NCBI RefSeq assembly: GCF_011745625.1
Contig: NW_027191469.1
Span: forward strand, 248,001 to 312,000
Origin: Cladosporium halotolerans
Lineage: Eukaryota
Direction: 5' to 3'
Length of the DNA stretch: 64,000 nucleotides
The notes below the pieces were generated by a model. The model searched no databases and was not told where the DNA came from. It saw nothing but the letters and a program-made list of their open reading frames with translations. The position numbers and the translations under genes are program-made. Below are positions 22,138 through 34,468 of this stretch, one piece after another. Position 1 is the stretch's first letter, and every line of letters starts with the position of its first letter.

Positions 22138-25130
22138 AGGGAACCGCAAATGACTTCGTCCCGGAAAAGAAGGCCACTACAATCTACCGACCACCACCAC
22201 CCGCGCGGCTAGCCCAGCGCACCCAAAACCAAAAGAAAATCCCCTCTTGAGCGCAGCGTCACCGCACGCTCACCCCGTCTTGCATCATCGTAATCACATT
22301 TCCCGTTTAAGAGATACCCGCGTTACTAGACGCCGCATTTTGGGGACTTGTCCGCCCCACCCACTTGTTTTTCCCAGGACGAGACGAGGCGAGACGAGAC
22401 AGTCTTCCACGCCTCTCCCTCCTCTTCCTCTTCCTCCCGCATGACCGACGAATCTCGACGACGACTTTGCAGAAAAATTACGAACTCGCCCTGCCGCCAC
22501 GCATCATCGGCTTGGGGGGCGGAAACGGCGTTGTCAGACGCCCGCTGGACTGGACGTTTTTATTCCCCATTGTTCGATCAGGATTGTATCGACAAATGTT
22601 TGTTTTTCTACTTCTCTAGACCTTGAGATTTTACCTGCCTTCTTTTTATTCTGTGCGTGTGTGTAAAATGGAAGAAAGCCGAGGACACGGATCGGGGTGG
22701 CATAGCATATTTTTCTCTTTTCTATTTTTTGTACATGTCCACGGATGTGAAGGAAAGCTATCGAAAGAATCGAAAGAACGAACGAACGCGAAAGATCTCT
22801 GATCTGGTTTTTTACACATACTTACATCCATTTATCCTCCCGCTCTTCGTTCCTTTCTCCTTGTCAACGTCAGATTCTGTCACGGCGTCCTCTGCCGCGC
22901 ACGTCTATGTGCCGCCCGCCGCACTCCACGGAGTATAAGTAAGGTAGGACAGGATCTAATCCCCCGCTTATTTACACACGCCCGTGGTGACCACGCAGCG
23001 CCAATCGGCTCGTTCGACCCCAACAAACACACACTGTCCTGTACTGTCCTGTACCTGTCCTTCTTCGACCCCAGTCCGGACGGTCCGAAGCGATTGATCG
23101 ATCGCTGTTTTCCGCTTGCGAGGAGGAGGAGGAGCGCTGTGCGACGGCTGGCTGGCTGTCGCTGAATGTCGCTGACTGCCGCCGCTGCTGCCGCTGCTGC
23201 TGCTGATGCTGAGCAGTTGTAGGGTCGATCTATTGGTTTCTTTTCTTGGGAAGCGGTCGGGCTGGGCGGTTGTTGGCGTCGAGAGGCGTTATAGGATAGG
23301 TTGGTTGGTTGGTTGATTTAGGGAGAGAGGCGTTTGGCACCACAGTCTTTAGACACCACGCCTTCCAGCGCTGCTGAGACCAATTGATTGATGTGCTGTT
23401 GACCAACCGTCTACGTCGTCCCGTCTGGGCCTTGCTCCATCTCGACCTCCATCCATCCGGTACTTGCTTGCCTGCCCGCCTGCCGTTTCTGTTCAATCAA
23501 TCTCAAATACATCCCAGCAGAACAGCACGCATGCACGCACGCCTACACACGACCCTCACACAGCATCCGGCTGCCCCTCGGCACTCCCATCCCAAACCCG
23601 CTCTCTCTATACGAAGTACGAACACATACATACACACCCTACTGTACCTTACCCTCCAGCCCCAGCCCCAGCCCCAGCATCACCAACGCCCTTCCTCTTC
23701 CCAATCCGCCAACAACCACATGAACGCCCGCAGACGCCCGCTCGCGCCGTGGCGAGCCCGCCCACCCGCCGGCCGGGGATCGACTGCGCAGCTCCTGCGC
23801 TGCGCGGTGCTGCGATGCAGCGACGGGCGTCCGGCGTGCGTGTGCGTTGATGCAAGCAAGTGGTTGTTAGTTGTTTTCGCTGAGCGCACGTGAGAGCTCG
23901 CTCAATCGTCGCTGCGCGGGGGATGGGTTTTAGGGTCAGGCGTGGGATCGGTGGCGAGGATGCGAGAGGAGCCTATAGTGCTGTACTGTACTGTGCGGTA
24001 AATTGATGGCGTGGGAGGTGCGTCGCTCGCTTTGCGGTGCTGTGCTGTGCTGGCGGCGGTGAGCCAGCCGAGGCTCGGGGGGCTGCTGCTGCTCCTGCTG
24101 GGTGCTGGGTGGTGTGATAGTACGTAGTACAGAATGACCGGGAGGAGGCTCGCTTCGGCGCGGCGGCGGGCGCGGTGGCCGTCGGGAGGATTCCGGGGCG
24201 TGGTTGTGCGGTTGCGTGATTGCGTCTGTGGAAGGGTGAGAGAGAGGGGATGTGTGGGTTGTTTGGGTGGGATTCGTGTGGCTTGGAGGATTCTGTATGC
24301 TGTCTACAGTAACGTTAATTTGTCTGCTGATTGCTCTGCTGGTGGCATCGACCGATGCTGCGAAAAACGCCCACGACGATGACGATCGGCCTGCTTTCTT
24401 CGACAGAGCAGGAGCAAGGATTGGCCTCGCCAGAGCGCCGTGTCCGGGATGCGACCTGTACGTGATTAAGAACGGAAATAAGGTTCTTGCTCGCTTGGCT
24501 GCGAGGCTTGCGGCGGTGGTGCAGCGCGCTCAAACGGGTCAGGGCGAGCGGCGCAAGCGGCCTTTCGTTTTCCTTGGCCGTGCAGCTCGTACGGTTGTTT
24601 GTTGCGCCTGCGTGACCGGTGGCTTGCAGCCTGTGCGACACTGGTCGGCGCCACGGGCTCGACGAGTCGAAGAGGACTCGTCATGGTCGGTCGCAGGGTG
24701 TGTTCGGTGGCCACGGACGCTGTGCGCGGGTGGTATAGGTTGCGCGGGCCTGCGACTTGATGTACGTCTGGTCAGCTCGGGTAGGTATTTGTGATTCGCA
24801 ATGCGTGAGCTGGCGTCCAAGGTGAATGGGTGTTTGTGCATGGGCGCTTCTCACACGCTGCGTGGTGACAAATCAGAATTACCAGGGAGGCTTTCTTCAC
24901 CCCGCAAAGAACATTGTTGCAACAAGGATCACCTCAACGCTATCACAAACCCTGCCCATATGCGTTCCGACAAAGACGTCGTTCATGCAGCGTCTGACCC
25001 CAGGTGTTCTCCCTCCGCTGGCCGCAGCCTCGGTCGAGATATTGACAACGATGTGCTTATCTCACGGTACCGCCGACGTGGGGTCGGAGGGGTCCGCCGT
25101 CTCACCTCCCGGCCAGGCGCATGTGAGCCA

Positions 25131-25150
25131 AGATGAGATGAGATGAGATC
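25131..25150. repeat. (AGATG)n pentanucleotide repeat ~600 bp upstream of glutamate-cysteine ligase
   Basis: agatgagatgagatgagatc read directly. Confidence 0.75.
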
Positions 25151-25753
25151 AAGCAGATCAGATTATCTCAGCAGCCGTTACACGCGCGTCTCAATGCGGC
25201 AACACGATATGTAATCCAGCCTCTCTCGAAGCGGAAAGAAGAAGTGAGGTCCGCCCGTCCAGGCACAAGCTTCCGCCCTGCGGCCGTGGGAGCCCTACGG
25301 CGCCGTTCAGACTTGCCTGTTCGGGCAACGAATCTTTGCATCATGGTTTGTAATCCACTTTTTCCCGACCGACCGCGTGCGCGCGCGCCCTGTCCTTCCC
25401 GCACCCGCCTGGCCATGCGCCGCTACATAGTGCGATTGCGTGCTTGAAAGGGCGCTCTCGGCCGGCAACGAAGAAATTGTACGCTCCGCTGTACGATGCG
25501 TGCGCGCGCGACCACTGCGACTTCTCCCACGATCCCGTCACCCGCTCCGTGAAGCTGCGCGACCCCGCGAGCCTTCGACGAACCCGCCGTAGAAACAGCC
25601 CCGCCGGACCGGAAGCCGAATGATGAGGTAGAGCGATTGGGAGAAAGTGAGGATATTGGGACAAACGACGCATACTGCGTGGTACAAAATTAGACGAGGG
25701 TGGCTTAAAAAGTCTCTTCCGCTCGACCGATATTGCTGTGACTCGCGACCACA

Positions 25754-28063
25754 ATGGGTTTGCTGTATGCCGGCACTTGAAGCAACACGCCAAGGATTCA
25801 CATGTTGACGGATATGCTGCAGAGCCATTGGAACGCCGCTTGACTGGCCCGAGGCGAAGGAAAAAGCGAGCCATGTGCGCAAGTGGGGCATCGAGGTATA
25901 TCCTATCTGCAGTGCAGATCACATGAGCGGAGCCTGATACAGATCGCAGCAATTATTGGCAATCTGGAACAATGCCAAGGGCAAAGAGCGTGATGCTCTT
26001 CTTTGGGGAGATGAGGTAAGCTTTGAGTGAAGAGCATTGGCTAAGGGAATGCCACTGACAAGCACTACAGATCGAGTATCTCGTCGTGAATTTCGACGAC
26101 GAGCAAAAAGAAGTAAAGCTTTCGCTGAGACAAGCAGACATTCTCGAGGCTCTAGCCAGTGATCCCGAACTTTTGAAGCAGGGCGGAGGTGTGCCAGACC
26201 TTGCACGTGGACCGGCGAAGTAAGATCTTCTCTTTACGCTGGCCAATCGACTCTTGCTAATGCACCTGCAGAGGAGGAAAGACCGCGCCGGTCTTCCACC
26301 CTGAATTTGGCCGTTTCATGCTCGAAGCTACACCGGGTGCTCCTTGGGGGATTGGCTTCAAAGATCTCCTGGCTGTTGAAGGTGACATGCGTTGGAGGTG
26401 AGTTGTGGCATTGATTGGTCGTACGGCGTTGCATCAAAGCTGATCAGTCTTCAGACGAGAAATCGCAAAACAGCACATGGAAGCCAACGAATTCCCCATC
26501 ACCCTCACAACTTTCCCCCGTCTAGGCGATCGCAAATCGATTACGCCTTACTATCCACCTTCAGGCTCGAAACTTCGGTCACAGTTCCTCCCTGATGAGA
26601 TCGCAAACCCACACATCCGTTTCCCTACTTTGGCAGCCAACATCCGAGCGCGGAGAGGCCGAAAGGTCGAGCTCAACGTGCCGGTATTCCATGACGAGAA
26701 GACTGCCAAACCATTCAAAGATCCTACAGTTGACTACGACCTTCACAACTGGCCCGAAGATGATGACGTCCGCAATGGCGCGGCAAAGGATGACTCTATT
26801 TACATGGACGCCATGGCCTTTGGCATGGGTTCATGCTGTCTGCAAATCACATTTCAAGCAAAGAACATCGACGAGGGCCGAACCATGTACGACCAGCTGT
26901 CTCCTCTTGGACCAATCCTGTTGGCACTGACAGCTGCTACACCCATCTACAAGGGATTCCTTGCAGACACAGACGTACGATGGAACCAGATCAGTGGCGC
27001 CGTTGACGACAGGACACCGGAAGAGCTCGGCGAGAAGCCGCTGAAGAACGACAGATGGCGGATCCCTAAATCCCGATACGCCAGCAACAGCACATACATC
27101 GCTCAGGACCCACGTCTGAGGTCCGAATACCTAGACCCTGATCTCGTTGTTGACGAAGAGCACAAGGCACGTCTGATTGAAGGCGGAATGGACGAAAGGC
27201 TAGCCACCCATTTCGCCCACCTGTTCATTCGCGACCCCATCGTCGTCTTCTCCGAAGACCTGGAAGAGCTCGACCTCAACAAAGCCGACCACTTCGAGAA
27301 CCTGCAATCGACCAACTGGCAACACATGCGCTTCAAACCGCCTCCCGTCGGCAGCGACATCGGCTGGCGCGTCGAAGTGCGCCCGATGGAAATCCAAATC
27401 ACCGACTTCGAGAACGCCGCCTTCTCCGTCTTCGTCGTCCTCATCACCCGCGCAATCCTCACCTTCAACCTCAACTTCTACCTGCCCATCCCCCGCACGA
27501 CAGAGAACATGGAAACCGCCCACCGTCGCGACGCCGTACTCAACGACAAATTCCACTTCCGCAAAGACCCCCTCCCGCGCCGCAGCAGCAGCCGCGCCGC
27601 CACCACAAACGGCTCCACCTCCGCCCCGCCCTCCACAACCGGCACCCCCACGCCCTCGCGCCCCAGCACGCCCTTCGGCCCCGTCGAAGACGAGTACGAG
27701 CTGATGACCGTCAACGAGATCATCAACGGGCAGGACTCCCCCGGCGGCTTCCCCGGCCTGATCCCGCTGGTGGAAATGTACCTGGACAGCCTGAACGTGG
27801 ACGTGGAGACGCGGTGCGAGCTGGCGCAGTACCTGGCGCTAATTCGCGGGCGCGCCGACGGCTCGCTGTGGACGGCGGCGCGCTGGATCAGGCACTTCGT
27901 GCGCGGGCACGCGAAGTACGAGGGCGACAGCGTGGTGAATGAGGAGGTGAGCTATGATTTGGTGAAAGCGGCGGAGAGGGTGACGATTCACGAGGCGCGG
28001 GATGGGTTTGGGAAGGAGATGTTTGGGCGCACGAGGATGCAGCGGAATGGGGTTGTTGGGTGA
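25754..28063 (+). CDS. GSH1: Glutamate-cysteine ligase catalytic subunit (gamma-glutamylcysteine synthetase); introns 25765-25822, 25896-25949, 26016-26070, 26220-26271, 26398-26454
   Basis: Spliced N-terminus MGLLAIGTPLDW..WGIEQLLAIW..LLWGDEIEY. Motifs FHPEFGRFMLEATP, IYMDAMAFGMGSCCLQITFQ, IPKSRY, HFENLQSTNWQHMRFKPPP, GWRVEVRPMEIQITDFEN. Confidence 0.96.
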
Positions 28064-28566
28064 GAAGTGTTTTTTTTTTTTTGGATAGATGAGCGATTTG
28101 GGGCAATAGATGGGTCGCGATTGCCAGCCTGAAAAGTGAATTTGAGCGCTTGCGTCCTCGTTGGCGTACCTCCCTCATACTTGAAGCGAGACCGGAATTA
28201 AATTGAGGCCAATGTCCGATTTAAATCTTTCTTCGTACGTATCTTACGTCCTCAACTCGTTGAAATGCATTCATTGCAAGCGTTACACGTGCGTGCTGTC
28301 CGTCTCTGGCTTCCCGACGTCTGTCCGTCAGCGATGAAGTCCGTCAAGCCATCCATCTCCCCAATGAAGAAGTTTGAAAACAAAAGCAACGCCATGCCAT
28401 CCACCGATCCGTCCACTCCGCCTCTTCAGTCCCTTGAGGCCGTCCTCGCCTGCAACATGAAAACTCCCAGCCAGAAAGAAATCACCAAACCAGCAAAAAG
28501 CCTGCCAATCCACAACCATCGTCGTCATATGTACAGAACTCCACCACAACACCACCCTCAAGAACC

Positions 28567-31500
28567 TCAAGCGTTCAACCTAGCCTTAACCTGCGAGTCC
28601 CTAAACTGCTCCCACCCCTCCGGATCCTGCTGCTGCAGCGCGCGCAAATCCTCCAAGTTCGCCCCGACCTTCTCCAGCACCGCTTTCCAGCCGATCTCCT
28701 CGACCAGCGGGCCCAGCTCGTCGCCGGGCGTAGACTCGAGGCGCTCCTTGAGGTCGTCGAGGCGGCGCTGGCCGGCCGTCGCGGGGCTGGCGGGCGCGTC
28801 GGAGGGCGAGAGGTCGACGACCTCGCGGCGCAGGTGCTGGCCGAGCCGGTGCAGGCGGCCTTCCTCGAGCGTGAGGGCGCGGCTGGCGAGGCTGGCGTCG
28901 CTGTTGTGGCGCGACATGGCGGGGGGTTTGAGGGCTTCGTCGGGGTCGGCGTCGTCGGTTTGCGGGAGGGGTTCGGCCTCCGGGGCGCGGGAGGAAGGGT
29001 CCGAGGCGGCGACGGGCGCGGCGGACGGCAGGCGGGTGTCCGGGTATTCTTCCTCGAAGCGCGAGATCATGCTCTGCAGCGTCTGGTCGAGGAAGAGCAG
29101 GCGGCGGTAGGCCATTTCGTCGCCGGCGGTGGCCTCCTTGATCAGCGCGGGCTGCAGGCGGGTGCGGATCTTGCGCGCGCTCTGGAGCAGGTCCTTGCTC
29201 ATCTGCTTGGCTTTGGCGTGGCCTTGCTCGCTGAGGCCGGCGGCGGAGCCCTGGCGTTCGCCCCGGGCGCCGGAGATGGGCGTCGAGGGCCGGCTGATCT
29301 TGCCGATGTCATTGGCTTTTTCGCCGAGGACGTATTGCAGGGCTTTGACGACGCCAGTGCCGCCGACGATGTAGTCGTCGTCAGGCGCGGGCTCGTCTTC
29401 GTCGGCGTTCTGTGCGCTGCCGTCTACGTGGCCGACGAGGTGCATGAGGACGTCGGGGACTACGATGCCCTTGACGTTGTCCTCGCCGCCGTGTGGCGCA
29501 GTGAGGGTGGCAGCGGCATTTGCTGTCGCATCTGCGTCGCCTGTCGCCTCGGCAAGAGCGAATTGCTCCATGTTGCGCAACGAATACGCGACGACCTGCT
29601 TCGCTAGAGCCTTGACAATCTCATTGCTTTCCGGGCTCGGCACCTGGACGAGGTCAGCTAACAATCCAGCACAAACCAGGCACAGAAGACCACATACCTC
29701 GATATCAATGCAGATCAACGTCTTGCTGACCCGCGCGGCCGTCATGAGACTAGCATACAGCGCGCACGCCTCCTCCTGCGCCGTCTCATCCTTCGCGTTC
29801 GCCAAAGCCTTCAACTGCGGATTATCGACGATACTCAAATGCGCCAGCCTCGGGCCTTCAGGCAGCACCTCGGCCAGCGCAATCGCCTGCTTCGTCGTCA
29901 TGCCCACGTCGCTCAGATGTATGCGCTTGAGCTCGCGCATCTGCGGGATGTATCGGCGGAGCAGGGAGATGGTGCCGTTGTCCTCGCCGCAGAGGTCGCG
30001 GTTGTGCGAGAGGTCGATGAAGCGGAAATTGGGCAGCTTGACGAGGGCCGGGAAGAGGGCCTTGACGCTCGCGGAGTCCAGGTTGCAGTCCGCGAGGCTG
30101 AGGCCCCAGCAGGGGGAGTTGGGCTTGTCGTTGAACGTGTCGGCGAAGACGCCCAGTTTCCCGCGCAAGTCGTTGCCGCCGAGGTCCAGGCCGTGACAGA
30201 CGCCGGAGCGCACGTAGTGTATGACATACTCAAGGCTTTCGTCGTTGAGGTGGTTGCCGGCGAGACCGAGGCGAGAGATTCCGCACATCATCGCGCCGTC
30301 GATGATTTTTCGTACGTGCTCTGGGGCAAGCCCGCATTCTGATACGCTGAGCTCTTCCAAGTGTGAACCACCTAGTCGTTCGCTAAGGCACTTGTATAGC
30401 GTTTCCGCCGCGTTAATCTCTGGTGTGTTAGCGGGAGGTGCTTTCTCAGGAGTCTTTTTGGCCGTCAATTGTGTGCTGGGCGGCATTGTGTCAGGAAACT
30501 GATTCATCGACAAGTCCACCGCCTTGATCGACCTGCACATGTAAAGGAACAAGCTGATGTGCTTCCAGCCCACGCGGGTGACGCGCGGGTTGTTTTTGAA
30601 AGAGATCTTCTCCACAATGCCCGACCTCTCCTGACGCGGCGGTATGGGAGCAGCGCGCTCGCGGTGTTTGGGGCCGGTGTTTCTGCGTCTTGTCGGCTCT
30701 GGCCTCTTTGCGGCGAGGAGACCGGCTAGGATCACTCGCACGCCTTCGTCGTTCAGGTCTGCGTCTTCCAAGATCAAGCGCTTGACTGGGACGACGGCCA
30801 GCCAGTCTCCGAGAGTGACCACATCCGCAAGCTGCAATCGCGATCCGGTCAAGTCCAGACATCCTACGACTCCAGGTTCGTTGACGACGGCACATTTTGG
30901 CGACATGAGCTGCTCCGTTATCCGTTTCAGAATAGGCGTCTCTCGTAACTGGCAACACCTCCTGTAAATCCGCACGGGATCTGTCGTCGGCCTATCCTGC
31001 TTGGAAGGCACCGCCGTCAGAGAATTAGGCGGCAACCCAGCCCCGTTCGGCAACGAACCCGCCAGCGAACCCTTCTCACTATCATCGTCGTCATCCAGCG
31101 CAGTCATCTCAACAGGTATCGACCCGTTTTCCTGCGCCCTCCGCAGCTTCTTCTCCTTGCGCTCCTTCCTCTCCACCTCCGACCGCTTCTTCTTCTCCTT
31201 CTTCCGCGTCATCCCCGCCGGGCCCTCCTCCAGACTCCCCACCGTCGGGCTCCCCGCCGCATCCTCCACGGACGCCGCCGCCGCCGCCTCGCCGTTCGCC
31301 TTCCCCTCCTGCCCCGGCACCGGCACAGCCCTCGACTTCGTCTCCAGCGCCGGCTCGCCCTGCTCGTCCTTCTCCTCCGTGATCGCATCCGGGTGCTTCA
31401 GCGCCTCGCCCTCCGCGCGCTCCTTCATCTTGACATCCTTCTTCTTGCGCTTGCGCTGCGCGTCGTCCTCCGGCGCCGCGCCCCCGGCATCGTCCGTGTA

Positions 31501-32388
31501 CTTCGGCCCGCCGGCGATTTCCACATCAACGCAGAACGACACGCGCCGCAGCTTGCTCTGGTCCAGCTCCGGCACGAGGCAGCGCTCGCGGTTCGGGTCG
31601 ACGTTGAGGACCTTGCGCGGGCACACGCCGCCGTTGCCCGCGGCTTTCGGGGCGCCGCCGGAGCCCGCGCTGGCGGAGGAGAGCTTGCGCGTGATGGAGG
31701 AGAAGAAGGAGCCTGTTTCTTTGGGCTTGGAGGGGATGTAGGGTTCCACGGACTCGGATTCCTCGGTGGGTTTCTGCGCGCCGGCGGAGGCGGGGTTGTT
31801 GGGTGCTGGGGGGGAGCGGGGAGGGGGTGTCTGGGAGGTTGTGGGGATTGCGTTTGGTTTTTGGGGGGTTTGCTGGGAGGAGGAGAAGCGCGAGCTGATG
31901 TTGTTTATCCATGAAGGTCTTCTTGATTGGCGGGGCTCTTCGCTGGTGGCTTTGTCGGTGCTTGAGCGGCTGAGCAGGTTGGGCCGCTTGCTCGCTTGCG
32001 CCTTGCTCTGGGAGGTTGAGGATGGAGGTGTGGGTGTAATCGGAACGGCGGGCTCGGTGTTTTGTTTGGGCTGCGACAGCGACGGCGGCGTCACTGGTGC
32101 AGGCGCTGGGTTCTTGGTGGTGTCGCTGGAGGGTTGGACATTGTGGGTCTGCGCTGGAAGGTCGCCGTTCGCGGCGGCCGGGGGCTTGTTCTCTTTCGAG
32201 GTCGAGGATGTGGAAGAGGCGTGCTTGCGCTGCTGGTTCTCTGTATCCGGGTCAGCACGCTGCATGCGATCCGACCGCGCGGCGCATGCGCGGTGGTGGT
32301 GGTGGAGGTCATGCGACAGGCGGCGGGCTGGCTTACCCTTGTTCGGCGTGTGAAGCCAGGAAACGTCGACGCCGTGGACCTGATCCAT
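28567..32388 (-). CDS. RNI-like leucine-rich-repeat protein, Mhp1/Gip3 family (cell wall biogenesis / PP1-interacting); introns 32336-32241 and 29697-29644
   Basis: Starts MDQVHGVDVSWLH. Contains LRRVSFCVDVEIA (RVxF), RPTTDPVRIYRRCCQLRETPILK, multiple LRR units (LDLTG, VDLSMN, LGLAGN, LDLGGN, LSLADCNL, IDLSHN) and DDDYIVGGTGVVKAL. Confidence 0.85.
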   Translation of the reverse strand: MDQVHGVDVSWLHTPNKGKPARRLSHDLHHHHRACAARSDRMQRADPDTENQQRKHASSTSSTSKENKPPAAANGDLPAQTHNVQPSSDTTKNPAPAPVTPPSLSQPKQNTEPAVPITPTPPSSTSQSKAQASKRPNLLSRSSTDKATSEEPRQSRRPSWINNISSRFSSSQQTPQKPNAIPTTSQTPPPRSPPAPNNPASAGAQKPTEESESVEPYIPSKPKETGSFFSSITRKLSSASAGSGGAPKAAGNGGVCPRKVLNVDPNRERCLVPELDQSKLRRVSFCVDVEIAGGPKYTDDAGGAAPEDDAQRKRKKKDVKMKERAEGEALKHPDAITEEKDEQGEPALETKSRAVPVPGQEGKANGEAAAAASVEDAAGSPTVGSLEEGPAGMTRKKEKKKRSEVERKERKEKKLRRAQENGSIPVEMTALDDDDDSEKGSLAGSLPNGAGLPPNSLTAVPSKQDRPTTDPVRIYRRCCQLRETPILKRITEQLMSPKCAVVNEPGVVGCLDLTGSRLQLADVVTLGDWLAVVPVKRLILEDADLNDEGVRVILAGLLAAKRPEPTRRRNTGPKHRERAAPIPPRQERSGIVEKISFKNNPRVTRVGWKHISLFLYMCRSIKAVDLSMNQFPDTMPPSTQLTAKKTPEKAPPANTPEINAAETLYKCLSERLGGSHLEELSVSECGLAPEHVRKIIDGAMMCGISRLGLAGNHLNDESLEYVIHYVRSGVCHGLDLGGNDLRGKLGVFADTFNDKPNSPCWGLSLADCNLDSASVKALFPALVKLPNFRFIDLSHNRDLCGEDNGTISLLRRYIPQMRELKRIHLSDVGMTTKQAIALAEVLPEGPRLAHLSIVDNPQLKALANAKDETAQEEACALYASLMTAARVSKTLICIDIEVCGLLCLVCAGLLADLVQVPSPESNEIVKALAKQVVAYSLRNMEQFALAEATGDADATANAAATLTAPHGGEDNVKGIVVPDVLMHLVGHVDGSAQNADEDEPAPDDDYIVGGTGVVKALQYVLGEKANDIGKISRPSTPISGARGERQGSAAGLSEQGHAKAKQMSKDLLQSARKIRTRLQPALIKEATAGDEMAYRRLLFLDQTLQSMISRFEEEYPDTRLPSAAPVAASDPSSRAPEAEPLPQTDDADPDEALKPPAMSRHNSDASLASRALTLEEGRLHRLGQHLRREVVDLSPSDAPASPATAGQRRLDDLKERLESTPGDELGPLVEEIGWKAVLEKVGANLEDLRALQQQDPEGWEQFRDSQVKARLNA

Positions 32389-34468
32389 GGTCGGCGTGAG
32401 GGTTGGATGCCCGGCAGCAGTAGAGGAGGCGGTGTTCGGTATCAGCAGCAATTGCTCATGTCGGCGGCCGGTCGGTCAGCGGCTGGGAAATTCGGACCTT
32501 TCCAGGGCGGTCCAGAAGGATGAGGTCAGCGGTTTGGGTTTGCCGGCCACAGGCGGTCCGGCAGTCAGTCAGCTGCCTCGCGGTCGGTCGAAGGAAGCGC
32601 CCCCAGATTCCGGCACCAGACCAGCGCTGGAGTGAGGCTGAGCTTGCGATGTGAATGTCTCACACTAGGAGAATACTGTATGCTTGAGTACAGGCCAAGA
32701 ATAGTGTATCGACGCTTATCCTTCTCTGCAACCATTGAACGCGAAAACCGCATTTTCTCTTCCGCACAAAACGCAGGCGGGCAACAATAATAATGCACGC
32801 AGCCCGCCCGCCCCGGTGACACCATCGCCGCGCATACCAACCCAGCACAGGCCCCTGCCCTCGACGATCTTCCCCCGTGTGCACGAATAATGCAACGCGC
32901 ACAACTCCGCGCACGCACCCACGGAATCCCACACCTCAGTCGATCCTCCGACCATCGGCGTCCACAGTGGCCTTGCACTCCACAGGAGGGAGAGATGCAT
33001 TGGTCTTTTTCGAACGCTTCCCGTGTGTCTGTGGGACTGTTTTACGCGGCGGGCCAGACACTTGTAAATCGCACGCACGTCATCCGTGATACCCGCAGCC
33101 TGAAAGAAAAGAAAAGTGCGATGGTGCGACTCGCCGTCCGCCGGGCTCGCGTCTTCGTCGTGAGGATAACGCCGAAGTCCGCTGCGTTGTCCGATACCTC
33201 ACCAAAACAAGGTGGAAAAAAAAATCAAAAAATTAAGAGATCTCGCCGAAACCGTTGCAGAGCGGCTCTGATGTTCGGCAAAGGATGTCGCCTGGTCGAT
33301 AACAATAATGTCTATCAATCATGGCTGCGCCTGTCTCGTCGCGGTGGTGATGTATCTCACAAGGTCCGAGTCATCCGTAGTGCTCTCTTCTCCACAGAGC
33401 GGCCTCTGTAGAACCTACCTACTTCCACCTTGTCCAACATCGACTCGCGATCAGCAATCCCAGTTGTACCTCACATGACGACCTCACTCCAAAGCGCGAC
33501 ACACTGCTCATGAAGCGACCAATCCCTCGGCCCTACCTCTCACCAAAACACGCATAAACATAAACAAAAGCACCCCCAACTCGACAAGAAATCGAACGTC
33601 ACTAAGCAGAGCAGAGAAGGAAAAAAGAAAAAAAGCTCTTGGTATCTATCCCACGGCAGTAACTGAAATGAAAAGTCAAGTTCTAAGGTACAGGCAAACA
33701 CAGCACAACACGAGAAAACAGAGAAAGGAGAAAGGCGGGGCCCCCCGGCTCCGGTCTTATACGCCTCTCTCTTCTTCTCGATAGCATGGAAAACCCAAAG
33801 AGAAAGTAAAAAAAAAGAGAGGGAAAACAAAAGAACAGCCAGCCTCCCGTCAACCACCGCCTTCCCTTCCCTTCCCCTCCCACCTCGTGATTCAGACGGG
33901 AGTGAAAGAACAGAAAGACGCACGAGCAACAAGAGCCAGTTGAAACCCTCAGCCTCAGTTTTCGGAGTCAAAAAAAGAAGTTATAAACAAAAGTAAAAAA
34001 GGTGAGCAAGGTAAGGTAAGGTAAGTATTCTTATTCTTATTCTTTCTTTCTTCCTGTCCTTTCTTCTTTCTGCTCAAACAAAGGCAAAATCAAAAAGAGT
34101 CCGGCTCGTTCTGTTTCGTCGAGCAGCAGAAGCTGAGGACATTCCCGTCTCGCTGTTCTCTCCTCCTGCGAATCCTCCCGCAGCAGCAGCAGCATCTGTT
34201 CCAGCAAAGGCCTCTTCTTCTTCTTATCGCTTTCTTTTCCTTTCCGTACCTCCTGATTCGACGAGCCAAAATGTAAGAGAGAGAAAAAAAAAAGGGAAAA
34301 TATTACAAGGTGCCTCTCCCGGTCGAGGCCTGGAAGGACAGGTGTGGGTAGTTGTTGGTGGGAGTGTGTGGTATTGGTGGGCGGTGGAAAGGAGAGGAAG
34401 GAGGTGTGGAGCTGGGCTTGCGGCGCGAAAGCGGATGGTATAACGTGCGGTAGCCGCAGCGACAGCGC

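Noticed and set aside
23005..23025. GTTCGA T-loop/B-box-like motif suggesting a tRNA
   Set aside because: No cloverleaf stems or A-box could be built around it.
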